Positions 13,875 through 26,785 of a DNA stretch of 64,000 nucleotides are shown here, piece after piece. The position numbers and the translations under genes are program-made. Location of the stretch: NCBI GenBank assembly GCA_973851085.1, contig OZ316775.1, forward strand, positions 13,702,001 to 13,766,000, written 5' to 3'. A model generated the notes under the pieces. The model saw only the letters and a list, made by a program, of their open reading frames with translations, ran no database searches and was not told the origin of the DNA. Every line of letters starts with the position of its first letter. Within the stretch, counting starts at the first letter, position 1. This DNA is from Ptychomitrium polyphyllum (Eukaryota).

Positions 13875-16800
13875 ATGTGGTCGTCCAGGGTGAAGCGAGC
13901 TTTGAAGGATCGATGGTTAGGGTTGTGTCTCGGCATGTGGATGCAAGCTTGCGGTGGGATTTCGTATGCATTCTCCTTGTACTCTGGAGATTTGAAGCAC
14001 ACGCTGGGATACAATCAGGAGATGATCGATGGCCTGGGCACTGCGAAAGACATTGGTGGTAATGTAGGGATCATTTCGGGTCTGTTGATAGATCTGACAT
14101 CGGCTTGGTTCGTGCTCCTTGTTGGGGGACTTCTGCATTTCTGCTTCTATTTTTTGGTAAGTTTGAATCGGTATGTGTGTCTGTTACTCGAGGAGGGCTT
14201 AGCAGAGTTTATTGTCTAGGGATGATTGAGCCGGTCGTGCCTTAGGAGAATGTTTTGTTTGTCAGAGGACTTGCATCTGTGAATTTGGACCTTGCATGTC
14301 TTGAAATGAAATCAGACAGTTACTCTTGTGATTTGAAACAAGTCATTGCTTCCTTGTGCAGCTTTTTCTTTCAGCTACTGGCAAGATCACTCCTTCCTAC
14401 TGGCAGGTTTGGTCACCTTCAAACCCCGTTTTCTTGAAGAAGCTCAAGATCTAACCCGTTCTAGCGGACTGTGAAATTGCTCTAGGGCTCTTTTTGAGCG
14501 TTTCAACCTTCACTGGCTCAAAATTGCGATTCTTCTGTTGAGCCTGATAGTTTCGGCTGTAATGGCAGATGTGCGGCATCATCATGCTAGGTACAAATGG
14601 CGCAACATGGTTCAACACTGCCGTTCTTGTGACTTGGTAATTTTCAAGATGCATACTGTTTTCAAAATCAATTCGTTTCTACTTTGGCTTCTATTCCTTT
14701 TTTAGAATTTTGAGCTTCCATTCGGTCAGATTACAGAGGCTTGTTTGCTTTGAGATTTCTTAGAATCAATGTCGCTGGGTGGATGCAGTATGCGAAACTT
14801 TCCATCAGACAGAGGAGTAGTAGTTGGGCTTCTGAAAGGTTTCATTGGACTTAGCGGAGCCATTTTTACGCAGGTATAAAGCATTGTGTTAGTATTCTTT
14901 GGAGGTCAGAAGGATTGTGCAATTTGCAAAATGAGTTCAGTCTTTCATGGTTTAAAGCAGAACACCTTCTGCAGAAACAATCAATTTTATCAGCTAGGTC
15001 GGCTAAATTAGTTGACGAATTCCATACTTGGAGTTGTTTACAGTCCAACAACATGAATACTTTCTGAGCTAAAAGAAACCTTTTTGCAGGTTTATACAGC
15101 TGTGTATGCGCCATATACAGGTCCGTTCCTTTTTTTATGTGCTACGGTTCCGCCACTGGTGGCGATATTGTCAATGGTTGTGATTCGTCCAGTGGAGGCT
15201 CCACGACGCAAAGATGAATCTGATAAATCCAAGTTTTCCTTCCTATACGTAAGTGAAAGCACCTTGAACGAGCACTTATTTCTATGAGTTGTGTAAAGTC
15301 TTTTCCGTTAGTCAATTAGTCTGGTGCAACTAATCTTTCAAACTGTTAGAAGCCTTATCATGTCGAGAAAGATACACAGGTGACAGTCAGCTCAGTCGTG
15401 CATATATGTCGAGCTATTAATTGCTTAAGCATTTGGTTGCTAAAATTCATTTCTTTTTATGCTGACAAATTCATACGTGAATCTTTAATTTTATATGGTT
15501 CAAACTAAGTGATCTGCTGTCAAGCCTGCTTATTTTTGTCTACTACGGTGTTTGGTGAACACAAGTAGATTTTTTAATGGTTCATTAATGAATCTTACAA
15601 ATTATTGGGCGTTTAGGGGGCAAAATTAACTTATAGAATTATTCATAATGGGAGTAACTGTATCCTGGGTTGAAAGATGTGAAAAAGGTATAAAACGACA
15701 AATCGCGTTACAGTATTTCGTGAATAAACGGTGTGCAGATTGTAGGGGTTGTGTTGGCATTTTACCTCATGGCAGTGATTCTTATTCAGGTAAGTGTGTA
15801 GGAAGGGCGTTCTTTACGACCATGTTTGTTTGAAGTTTCATTCTTTGTCTGTTCATCTTTGAGATTAATAGGTGCAAGATTTTCTCTTTAAATTTTATTG
15901 TCTGCTCGCTGCTTTAATTATTCTTTGCTCCTTTGATGACTCCTTCCTTGCTGATTCAAGCATATTTTTTGTCTTCTATATGTTCGTTATCAAAACATTT
16001 TTTAGTGGTGGTTAGATTTCATGCTAGTTGCATTGCTCTGAGAGGATTCCAGAAATTTGAAAATACATATCTGATCATATTTTCATAATGTTCCTTTTGG
16101 ATTTGCAGGATTCATTCCTGATCAGCAAGACCCTAAGTCGTTTTTTCATGACGATCATGCTGATAATTTTATTTTTACCCATCCTCATACCTGTAAGTTT
16201 GGCGGACATATCTTCCGGAATGATTGTACTTGCTATCTGGTTCACCCTTTCCATTTCTCCTGACTTCTGTATTTCGGTTGATATTTTCTTTTTCTTTCTG
16301 TCTGCCATTTCTATTATGCGTGTTCTTCCGAATGAGATATTAGCTATAGCAATACCCTTGTTAGTTTTATTTTTGTCACATCCCTTTCTAATTTCAGAGT
16401 TTCAGATTTTGCCGGCGTATTGATTGACTCTGGTCAGTGTTTTATTTGCATTTTACTGATAGCTAATTTCTGGATTAAAATTGATTAACCATGTTATATA
16501 TTGTTGGTGTTGGTGTAACTGGGCACTGGCAGCTGAGTGCAGGGGCACAGTACAATGGATACTCTGCACTTCCCACAAAAGCGACAACTACCAACCCTCC
16601 AGTTGCAGATCAAGTGGTGCCCAAACAACAGTTTTCTGAACGAAAGTCTCAGTACAAAGGAACTTCCAGCATTGATGTGCCTGGCAGAACAATCGATCGT
16701 TTTTTGGACGCGTCCAAGTCTCGTAGTTTAGACACCCCGTCAAAGACAACTGTGAAGTTAGGGCACGACCATACTTTGTGGCAAGCAGCAAGTACTCAGG

Positions 16801-19077
16801 ATTATTGGTGAGCTTATTGGTTTTGTACTCAAGTTTTGTTACTAATTTATCAATAATGTACTAGCAGTGGTCTCTAGTCATCACTTAATGAATGTAGAGA
16901 TTTCAAAAACACAAGGACTGTAGAAATTTAGTCATTTAGTTTATACTATTTTGTAGGTTCCTATGCTACTCATGTGTGTTTGTAGAACTATTACTCTATT
17001 AATTTTTTGGGAGAAAGTTTACGGGGATGTTTAGGAGTTAGTGTATGCTGACATGGACACTTGGACTATCCTTTGTGCAGGTTGCTCTTTTTTGCAATGG
17101 GTTGTGGTACAGGGAGTGGATTAACAGCAATTAACAATCTTGCACAGGTGGTATATTAGATACACAGTGAATTTGATCTTAGATTGTCTTATGAGTACAG
17201 CGCCTGTCGTGGTTTCAATATACTTTCGATTGAGCTTAGTATATTTCCAATCTCCTTGATTCGACGGGGCAACGGTTTTGAGCTGACGATGGTTGTGGCT
17301 ACTCTTCAGATGGCAGAATCTCTTGGTTCCAGGAGTATTGGAGCATTTGTTGCTCTAGTCAGCATCTGGAATTTCTTGGGCAGGATGGGGTCTGGGTATG
17401 ACGTGAAGATCTTTTTTATTTGCTAATCTTGAAAGAAATGAGTTTAAGGCTTGAAAGAAATTTGTTGGCTTTTGCGGAGTCTTCATATCTTCATGTGTTT
17501 TTTGGACCTAGCCGTGTAATTCCTTCGCCCGAAATCGATTTTATTCTTAATGAATTCTCTTCTGGACTTGCAGATATGTTTCAGAGTATTATATGAAACA
17601 ATACGCCACTCCAAGGCCCTTTTTTCTCTTCTGTGTACAAGCAGTTATGGCTTGTGGACACCTTCTATTTGCATCTTCAGGTATGCTTTTGTTGTGTAGC
17701 TGCTGTTATCTTCTCTGATGAAGTTAAGCTCCTCATGCTTGCCTCCTTTTAACACATTGTTCTAATTTGATCATAGGTTCCTCAGAAATGCAATCAAAAG
17801 TATTGGAATTATGGTGTCGAAGTTCTTAAATCCTTAACTTCTGCTAAGGCGTGGTGTATCAGAAGATTATCAGTCTCATTAATATGGAGGTCTCATCTTT
17901 TTTCTAATTGACAACCAGTCTTTCGGAAATGTATGATGAGCTTGTCTACACGTTATTATATCTCATAGTTTCTTTTGTTACTTGGGCTTTCCTTATCAAT
18001 GTTTGACAAATGTGGCTGGGACGTGTAATCAGTGCCAACAATGTTATATCTGGCGTCCATTTTGGTTGGGTTGGCTCATGGAGCTCACTGGACACTGATG
18101 GTAGCTACGTCCTCCGAGTTGTTTGGTTTGAAGAATTTTGGAGCTCTTTACAACACGCTTAGGTTTGGAACCTTTTGCCTTCTTGCAGGAATGTTTTGCA
18201 GATTTTGATCGAATCCACACTTAAACGCTTAGTACAGTTTTTGCTTAGGATATTTCTGTACACTCGAGTTTCTATTAAGTCGCAAAATATGCGTGTTCAA
18301 AGAACTTCTCTAGTTGGTCGTTCTGCAAGTTCGAAATCCCGGTAAGCGGGGTTTTGTAGATTTTAAGTTCAGGCACGCCTAGGGCAAATTCTGTATATTG
18401 AACTAGCTTAGTTTGTTTCGACTTATAATTTTCCTATTGCTGTTTGTTGTCGAAGCAAGCTGGTTTTAAATATCTTTACAGACGACTAACACCTTGCATT
18501 CTTCCGAGGCTTGAATTGCAGCATCTCTGCTACTGTCGGTTCCTACCTCTTCTCTGTAAAGCTCGCTGGATATATTTATGATCAGCAAGTTGCATCTCTT
18601 CAAGCTGCGGCTGTAGCGGCGGGTCAGGCATTGACAGGGCCTCAAAAGTGTGTTGGTCCTCAATGTTTCAGGTTAGTATTACTCTCAAGGGCTCATCCTT
18701 ATCTTCATTCTTTAACTCTTTTGTTCTAATGCTGTGTTACTTGATGCTTTATATACGTTAGGCTGTGCAGCTGATTCTCGTGGTATCTGCTGTCTAGGTC
18801 GACGTTCTTGGTGATGGCATGTGTATGTGGATTAGGGTGCCTGGCTCTCACCCGTTTGATTGCTCGCACCCGGAAGGTCTATAGGGACATGTACAAAGTG
18901 CAGCAAGCCAAAGACATAATAGCGAAGGGAAATTCAAATGAGCATTCGCCCTTACTATCCCCTCATGAATCACAAGAGGATGATGCCCCAATTGAGTCCC
19001 CAATATTGAAGCCTAGTGGCCTTTCAGATGCCCAACGGCACCGTTACGCTGTGCCAAGTCGTATGGATAGCGATTAG
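13875..19077 (+). CDS. Nodulin-like / NUCLEAR FUSION DEFECTIVE 4-like MFS transporter (multi-exon)
   Basis: Exon 1 (MWSS…RWLGLCLGMWMQACGGISYAFSLYSGDLK…AKDIGGNVG) is a typical nodulin-like N-terminus. Later exons give GTNGATWFNTAVLVTC, MRNFPSDRGVVVGLLKGFIGLSGAIF, GCGTGSGLTAINNLAQ, SIWNFLGRMGSG, SELFGLKNFGALYN and CVGPQCFR. Stop TAG at 19075-19077. Confidence 0.92.
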
Positions 19078-20926
19078 TAAGTGCCACTGTGCTACCTGGT
19101 TCTCTCATACTAGGGGCATCATTCCAATGAATTGGACTGTCAAGTCCCAGAGTGGAGGGTTACTTAGTCTTATGGTCTAACCTCTGGTTGGATGAACTGA
19201 CTCGGTGAACTGTATAGCTTTTCGTAACATTGGTCACTTGGTGTACCTACTCATTTTTCTGTGGTCCATGGGAGACCACACAGCTAGAATTTATTCCTTT
19301 ATATTCTGACTCAGATGTGTAAAGTGCTTACTTATTCATTGTTTTAATTCAGTCTAATCGAAACTTTCTTTTCTACTGAGATATTGGTTACACTGTGTCT
19401 CACGTCCAGTTAAATCAGTGTTCAGAGGTTTGAAATTTAATATTAGATGTGAGGATTACCCCCGTATTCTATGAACATACTTGAATTCCATTGCAAGAAT
19501 TTGTAGGAGGATACTACTACAGAAGGATCTGTTGTAGGTGCACTCACCACTTCGTTCCCCCGAAGTTCATCATGAGTAACCAAATTACCCTCTGGCAGTC
19601 AAGTTTCTAGAAGAGTCAATACTAGTCTTGATTTTGCAAGTTTCAGTTTGAGTCAGTCAGCTGCCAGTTCTGGTACAGGAGTTCTGGTACAGTTGTTGTA
19701 CAGGAGTTTGACGTTCAAATTTCAGCGCTTTAATACAGATGTCATATACGAATTTCCTTACAGTGGCGAGGAGTCACGAGCTGCATGATATCGCGGCTCA
19801 AATCTTATTGACTTAGTCATTGGAAACTGAATCCCCATAACTTTCCCAAGCCGACCACTTCTGGACCAATGATGCACTAATATTTGAAGAATCTTGCTGG
19901 ATGTCATCACATCAGAACCGTGTTGCCCAACTTGTACATGTTTAACAATGTGCAGTTCAAAAATAGCCCAACGCCTCAATAATTCACGAACTCAACTTCG
20001 CAAACTGAATTTCCTTCACGGCCTTGCTGGTTACAACTCATCCTGCCAGGGCCTGCTCTAAACACCGGCGAAGCATGCCTGTATGAAGTTAATGTTTCAA
20101 TCATACCGAAATGCAGAGCGAGGCGTCACATCGCATCAAAACTTGGTCCAATAACAACTCCACTGTTTCAAATATTCAAACTCGGCAGTAAACATGTTTC
20201 TCAGCGCACGTGCAACGAATTCGAAATTACGCCACGATGACACAAACCGACCGAATCTCTTGACGGAGTGCAACTGCGTGTTCGACGGACTTTCAACTTC
20301 AGTCGACTCACGCCGCCCATGCGTCCAAAGGACCACACCGCCCAACGAACTCCGTCCCATAACGATTTTCCCAGAATTTCCAGGAACTTCTGGCCCGGGC
20401 TGAGTACAGATCCGAAAGCGGAGGGATCGCACCATCCGTACTGTCGTCCGTAGTGAGAAGGGACCATTTGCCGCGCCAATCCGTTGTCCCAGGTCCAGTG
20501 TGGCGCCGCGCAACGACGATATTTTTAGCTTCACGACGAGAAATTTGACACTAAATCGAACCTGGCAGCTTTGACGTCTCTCTGAAGCCGCCGTAACGTC
20601 GGCGAAACTCATGTCTCGTGAACCTTCCGTTGTGCTTCGCCCCCGCTCTCGTCGATACGCTCGACGGAACCTTCGACGAAGAACGTAGACTTCGGAGCTC
20701 AAGCAAGCACACATAAAGAGCTTCATGGGATCGGGAGCCTTCAGTGGTGAAACTGCGCATTTCGTTCCTTCGGGTGTTTTCTGCGAGGGTCGAAGTTGAA
20801 GGAGGCTGCGAGGCTGCGGCAACTCTGCAGTGTGACAGGGAGTGAGTAATTCTTTGATGAGAGGTAGTATCATTCTCTTGTGCTGAGGAGCGATTTGGAC
20901 GAGAGTTGTGGTGAGGTTGCAACAAG

Positions 20927-21511
20927 ATGGCAGCTCCGGTACAGACTGAGCGCAGGTCAGCGATTGCGGAAGTTAGCGACGTGAGGAGGTCGAAGGGTCT
21001 GATCGATATGGCGGACGGTGCCGTGAGGGATTTAGTGGAGGCGTTCAAGATGTTCGACCGCAATGGCGACGGTAAGATTTCGAGTGCGGAGTTAGGAACC
21101 GTGCTGCGCTCGCTCGGGGAGAAACCGACGGATGCGGAGTTGGCGCAGATGATAAAGGACGTGGATGCTGACGGCGATGGCGAGATTGATCTGCAGGAGT
21201 TTATTAATTTGCATTCTGATTCGATGAGAGGCGGCGCTGCGAGTGAGAGTGTTGCTGGCGAAGGAGTGGACGCGTCTTCCGCCACGGAGGCTCTTCAGTC
21301 GGCGTTTGAGGTCTTTGATTCGGACAAAGACGGTTTCATCTCGGCTCCGGAGCTGCACAGGGTGTTGTCGGGCCTCGGTGATGATCATGTTTCTATGGAC
21401 GATTGCCGGTACATGATCAGTTGCGTGGATAAAGACGGCGACGAATTGGTCGATTTTACAGAGTTTCAGAAGTTGATGACTGGCCCTCTGACTGGCCACC
21501 TTTCGCACTGA
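20927..21511 (+). CDS. Calmodulin-like protein (CML), four EF-hands, intronless (copy 1)
   Basis: EF loops DRNGDGKISSAE, DADGDGEIDLQE, DSDKDGFISAPE, DKDGDELVDFTE in one 194-aa ORF. Confidence 0.93.
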   Translation: MAAPVQTERRSAIAEVSDVRRSKGLIDMADGAVRDLVEAFKMFDRNGDGKISSAELGTVLRSLGEKPTDAELAQMIKDVDADGDGEIDLQEFINLHSDSMRGGAASESVAGEGVDASSATEALQSAFEVFDSDKDGFISAPELHRVLSGLGDDHVSMDDCRYMISCVDKDGDELVDFTEFQKLMTGPLTGHLSH

Positions 21512-21875
21512 TGGTCGTAGTTAGAATTGACAATCACGTTAGGTACTTAACGCGATTTCCAGTGTAGATTAGTTGCTAAGGTAGGATAAATAGGCGAGAA
21601 CCTCTTCAAGAAGGGCACTATGCGGCTGGATGCAGCGCAGAGACAAGACCCCGCCACAAGAGCGAGAAAGCCGGAGTTTACGTTAGCAAATCAGACTCCA
21701 CAATAGAGATCACGACAATCTTAGAATCGTAAACTGTAACATGTTTTTGCAAAAATAATAAATGTGTACTCCAGGTACAAAATTGTGCACGTCTGTAGCT
21801 AGAGTAGTTTTAATCAGTTTCCACCCGATGACTATCGATGGTAGAAGCTGGTTCTTGTTTTTAAGAACTGCAAAA

Positions 21876-21985
21876 CGCCATATTCGTTAAATTGGCCAAT
21901 CCCTGTTGTTTTTACTACTCAAAATAGTGCGAATTTTTTAACATTGTGAAAACAACGGGGATTGGCCAATTTAACGATTATGGCG
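21876..21985 (+). repeat. 40-bp inverted repeat / pre-miRNA-like hairpin
   Basis: Arms 21876-21915 and 21946-21985 pair over 40 bp with one U-U mismatch and two G:U wobbles on the + strand; 30-nt loop. Confidence 0.85.
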
Positions 21986-24428
21986 ACATTACGTAATGCA
22001 CCAGATGATTGTTCTGGATGCCGGTGCGAAATGACAAGGAAGCGCAGCTACACGAGCGAATCTTCGAAAGAACGTGAGACCTTGACAACCTAAGGGAGAT
22101 TCGCCTTAAGCAGGAACAATTGGAGAGACGTCATAAGATGTGGATAGAGGTAATTCCAAGCGCCAGTTATTAGATTCTGCTCTTGACAATTTCTCGTAGA
22201 AACTAATTTGCCTAATTTCTTTTATTGTATTAAGAACTTCCTCTTTTCTTATCTGCACAGTGTCTAGAATATTTGCTTCGCTTTTGGATGTTGCAAACTA
22301 GCGAAAGTGCAGAAGGCAGCCAAACTTCCGGCGTTTCTTGGAATTTGACGCCTACTGAGAATGATCCCTGAATATCCCTCCTCTATCCTTTAATTGTTAT
22401 ATTAGGGTTGTCCCTTGGGATGTTATCAATGGCCAAGGGTCCCTATGATTGCTCAAGCTTAATTGATCTAAGCTAGACTCTCCCGTTCGAGCCTGCGGTT
22501 TGTGTTCCAATAGCTTCTTCACAGACTCTGAAAGAAAACCTAATATCAACAGTCTATGATAGAATGAAGCGATCTGATTTCGTGTTATTCAGTTCCTTGA
22601 ACGGCGGTGGAATTGAATCCAAGATCAGACTTCAGGACCCACCTCCAAGACTCAATAGAACATTCCAATAATGTATATTTCTGTGGTCCTCAATACTCTG
22701 AGATCGAGCACTAGAGAAGTTCATCCTCGATCCTCAGTCTGATTCGAGATGTTATTATTTTTGAAAGAGAATCAGATCGATTCCTCCAATATAGAAAGCA
22801 AGCAGTTGGAAAGGTTGCACGGGAAGCTGCCGGCCTGACTGCCGTTGTTGACGCGTTTTTGAAACAAACTTGGGGTGCACCTTGAGTGAATTGCCCAACA
22901 CCCGAAACCGCTACAGTGGTACTACTCTTACACATGACACGCAATATGTCTGTGATATGTGCAAGCATCAACGACCCCAGCGAGATTCACCGGAAAGATG
23001 ATACTACCGGTATATAATATTACTACTACACTGTTCACTGTGTAATTCTAAACAAGCTGAGTCAACTTGGAGAAATTCTAGAACACTGCTATGTCGTCAG
23101 TACCTTCCTCGGCCCATTCAGATTAGTGGGCCTTAATTCTACGGGAGGCTACTTTTTCTTCATCGATAGAGGGGTAATCTATAATGAAACTTTATCGTCA
23201 AATGAAGTCACCCTGTCGGCATTGAACATCGGGGGTTTCTGAAGAATTCCATGGGCAGTGCACGAGTTTCTGAGACTCATGCGACTGTGAGTCTGTGACT
23301 TATGCAACTGTGAGTCTGTGACTTGGTAACACGGTGCTAAAATCCTTCACAGAGAAATACATTCTTGACAATGGAAGCTCTAGGTGATTTCAGCATCCTA
23401 CAAAGTCAGTATTTCTGAAATTTGAAACAAAGCTTCAAACTTGACAAATGGAAGGTTGTCAACTTAGATTCCTTCACGGAGGTGAATTGCAACTTTTCTA
23501 TGATTGCTGCAGCGGATTTCCTTGAGAGCAGACACTCTATGAAGCCCTCGTTTAAGGTGCCAAGCTCTAAATTTAAAGGATAGGGACGGACAATCTCGTA
23601 TTTAAAGGATTGAGACGTTTTACCTCTTCAGATACGAGATTCACTAGGGGATTCTATATAGGTAGACATCCATCAACTTAGCACGCGGCATTTTCTGCAA
23701 AATTTAAGTTTTTGACAGGCACTGAGTACTACCGGGGAGTTTACAGAAGTTTATCGCTAACAATTAGAGAACCACTTTGAGATTCCCTTCTGGAGAAAAT
23801 GTAATCCATTTAAACAAAACTGCAAGCAGCAACAAGTTTCACTCTTGGAACAGATTCCACCTATTCCTGCCCAAGGATTTCCAGAAAGGAGTTTGTCTAA
23901 CGTACTCCGGATTATGGCGGCACAAGAATGCAGCGAGAGTATATTCCACTTTTGGCTGTTGTCAGGATTGGCCGTACAGTGGTCAAAGTGAATGGACATG
24001 TGAGTATAAAATCTGGTCTGCAAGTGACTCTTCGAAAATTCTAGTTCAAACAGACACATAGACTCTCGTACAGTTGGAACTTCACAGGGTCTAAACGACA
24101 GAGATTCTGAAAAGCGGTCGCCATTCGACTCCTGAGAGCCTTAAAAGAACATGAAAGTGCGCTTGACAAATGCAAATCTCCTATATCTTGACATTCTCAT
24201 ATGACAAGTTTATTCAAGCTAAGCTCGATAACAAATTTTGAGAAATGGTCGCAACATTGTGGGGTGATAGTAAAGGTGGCAAAGCCTAATTCACAGCTTT
24301 ATATTACATGAGTATCTGCTTTCAGATCTCAGCGATGAAAAGCACAGTAATGTCTTGAGGAAAGACACGCAACAAACTACGTTTAGGTTCCTACTGAAAA
24401 ATTGTTCTGAAATCAACCCTCCATCTAC

Positions 24429-24998
24429 TTAACACAAAACAGCTCCAGACATCAAGAATTGGAATTCGTTGAAATCAACCATGTGATCACCGTCCTTGTC
24501 CACGCAGTTGATCATGTGCCGGCATTCAGCCAACGAGGTCTTCTTGTCACCGAGACTCCACATCACTCTCTGAAGCTCCTCAGCAGAGATAAAGCCGTTC
24601 TTGTCAACATCAAACACATCAAAGGCGGCCTGCAACGCATACTTCTCTCCGCTGCTCGTAACTCTGTCCCCGCCCGTGCTCGACCTCGGGGAAACATCAC
24701 TCGCTCTAGCGCTTTTCTCAGTGTGAAAGCTGATAAAATCGTGCAGGTCGATAAAGCCGTCGCCATCGCCGTCCACTCTCGCCATCAGCTCATCAAGCTC
24801 TAACGCATTCAGATCGTCCCCGAGGGAACTAAGCACAGTCCCCAGCTCAGACCTCGAGATTCTTCCATCCGCATCTCGATCAAATACCTCAAACGTAGCA
24901 GCAAGCTCCTTCACAAGAAGACTCGACTCAGGAGAAGTAACCACCTCTGAGCGACTACAGCTCCCCTTGCTTCGGTTTTTCGTTCTAGTAAGCTTCAT
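24429..24998 (-). CDS. Calmodulin-like protein (CML), four EF-hands, intronless (copy 2)
   Basis: ATG at 24998 (MKLTRTKNRSK…). EF loops DRDADGRISRSE, DGDGDGFIDLHD, DVDKNGFISAEE, DKDGDHMVDFNE. Confidence 0.92.
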   Translation of the reverse strand: MKLTRTKNRSKGSCSRSEVVTSPESSLLVKELAATFEVFDRDADGRISRSELGTVLSSLGDDLNALELDELMARVDGDGDGFIDLHDFISFHTEKSARASDVSPRSSTGGDRVTSSGEKYALQAAFDVFDVDKNGFISAEELQRVMWSLGDKKTSLAECRHMINCVDKDGDHMVDFNEFQFLMSGAVLC

Positions 24999-26499
24999 TC
25001 TGAACAGTTGGGTAAAATTGTTCTCCTCAACCAACAACGAATGCAAGCTTTGAAACAACAACTAGATAATATAACTGTCTAAACTCAATTGAACTCTCAG
25101 ACCGTTGCCTTGAATCTGCTTGATTACTAACTGCAAACACATAGAAATGCTCAGAACCAGAAAGTGTTTGGAATTTATAGCTCAGGCTGAGAGTGCAGTA
25201 CCATTAACATTGTGGAGTCATCACGGTGTTCAGGGGAAGTGCCAGGAAAGACTTACTGCAAGTGGCTGATAAGTTAAGCTAGAACTCGGTCTACTGGCAA
25301 GGAAATCGAGGGACTGGATTCCTTGACGTCTTGCTCTTTCCTGACCAGTTGCGTTGGGACCTGAGTCGGTCCTACTGTGAGCAGCGCTGTTCATGCTAGG
25401 CGTACGGACTATTGTAAGGTTGCCGACGTGTGCCATGTGTGACCTGATTCCTGACCAGCTTGGAGCCAGTTCCGGAGGCCTTGTCAGCTTGTTCCACAGT
25501 AATTCCCTGCGGATGAGATCAGAAACTAGGGTTCCCCTAAAGTAAAACTCTGTAGACTGTTGAGTAGTGTGATGGTTTCACTTTGGTAAAAGAACTTGGT
25601 ATCAGACTGGAGAACATGAACAAAAAGAGGACTTCTGCACAAATGGTCTTTGAAATATGAGGTTTGGTTCTTCCTTTTCATCTTGATGTGCATTTGATGC
25701 AAAATGTCACATCAAGTTTGGAATTTCCTAGTGTCCATAGTATGTGTAAGTAAAGAGTTGTTTTATATATATATATGTGACTTTTAATCTTCATGTTTAT
25801 TATTATGTGTCGTGATTGAATTTAATGATGCAGAAGTATTATAGGATAGAGCTTCCCAGTCTCAATATCTTGTCTCATGAAAATTTTCGTTTGGCCAGTG
25901 TGTCGAACAGTGCCTTACATTCTCAGCGTTCTAATTTACTAAAGCCTCTGCAAACCCTACGGTGTAAAGCAGTATAGCCGGACCTGATTCAAATAAAGGT
26001 TTCATTTTTTTCCAAGTCTGCACTACTGGCACAACTTATGCCATAAATAGCTTAGCATAGTCCAACTCTATTAGCACACTACGCAGAATAAAAGTCAACT
26101 TAGTTACCCCAACTTAAATGAGAGACATTTGGGTTCAAGCCTTAAATTGGCTAAATAACAAGTGCAGAAAAGTGCAAAGCAGTAAGTCTGGATTCACAAC
26201 TGGCGTACTCTTGCAAGACCGCATGTCACAGATTGGACACGCACAACAAATATGCAAAAACTTCACTTCTGAATCGTGATATATTGATCTAGCTCAACGG
26301 GGCTGCGAGAGCTCTATCTGGTTGTCATGAAGCGGCGTATGTTTTATCAATGAATTTCTCTTGACTCTGGAAGTTTTGAAATATAAAGCTGGAGTTGTAA
26401 GCTGCACAACCAGAGGCATTCCGTCCATATATCCTGAGAAGTACGGGGTGACCGATAGTATAACCTGAGAATTACGCTGCAGACATGTCACGAAGATTG

Positions 26500-26785
26500 G
26501 CCGACGCTGACCATGGTCGGTATGAGTACCCATATAGTCATTCAGCGCAAATTCACATTGTTTCAGAAAAGAAACAAAAGAAAAAACAACAACAACGCGA
26601 CTTGAGTTACCGTGGTTCGAAACGTGTATATGTAAAAATGTACTTTATATCGAAGCATACAAAGAAAGTACAGTATAAGTTGTTGTAGCCTGTACCCTTC
26701 TGCCGACTCAGGATTGCCGACGCAGTCCTGCGGTCGGCGTGCTGCGTCGGCGTGACCTGACCTGGCCAGGTAGTTTCTAACCGAC
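26500..26785. promoter_or_regulatory. Cluster of DRE/CRT core motifs (RCCGAC) between the divergent CML genes
   Basis: RCCGAC or its reverse complement GTCGGY at 26500, 26516, 26702, 26716, 26733, 26746 and 26780: seven sites in about 290 bp. Confidence 0.45.

Noticed and set aside
20136..21508. Long minus-strand ORFs (245, 244 and 138 aa) overlapping CML copy 1 and its promoter
   Set aside because: GC-rich antisense shadows with no recognisable domain.
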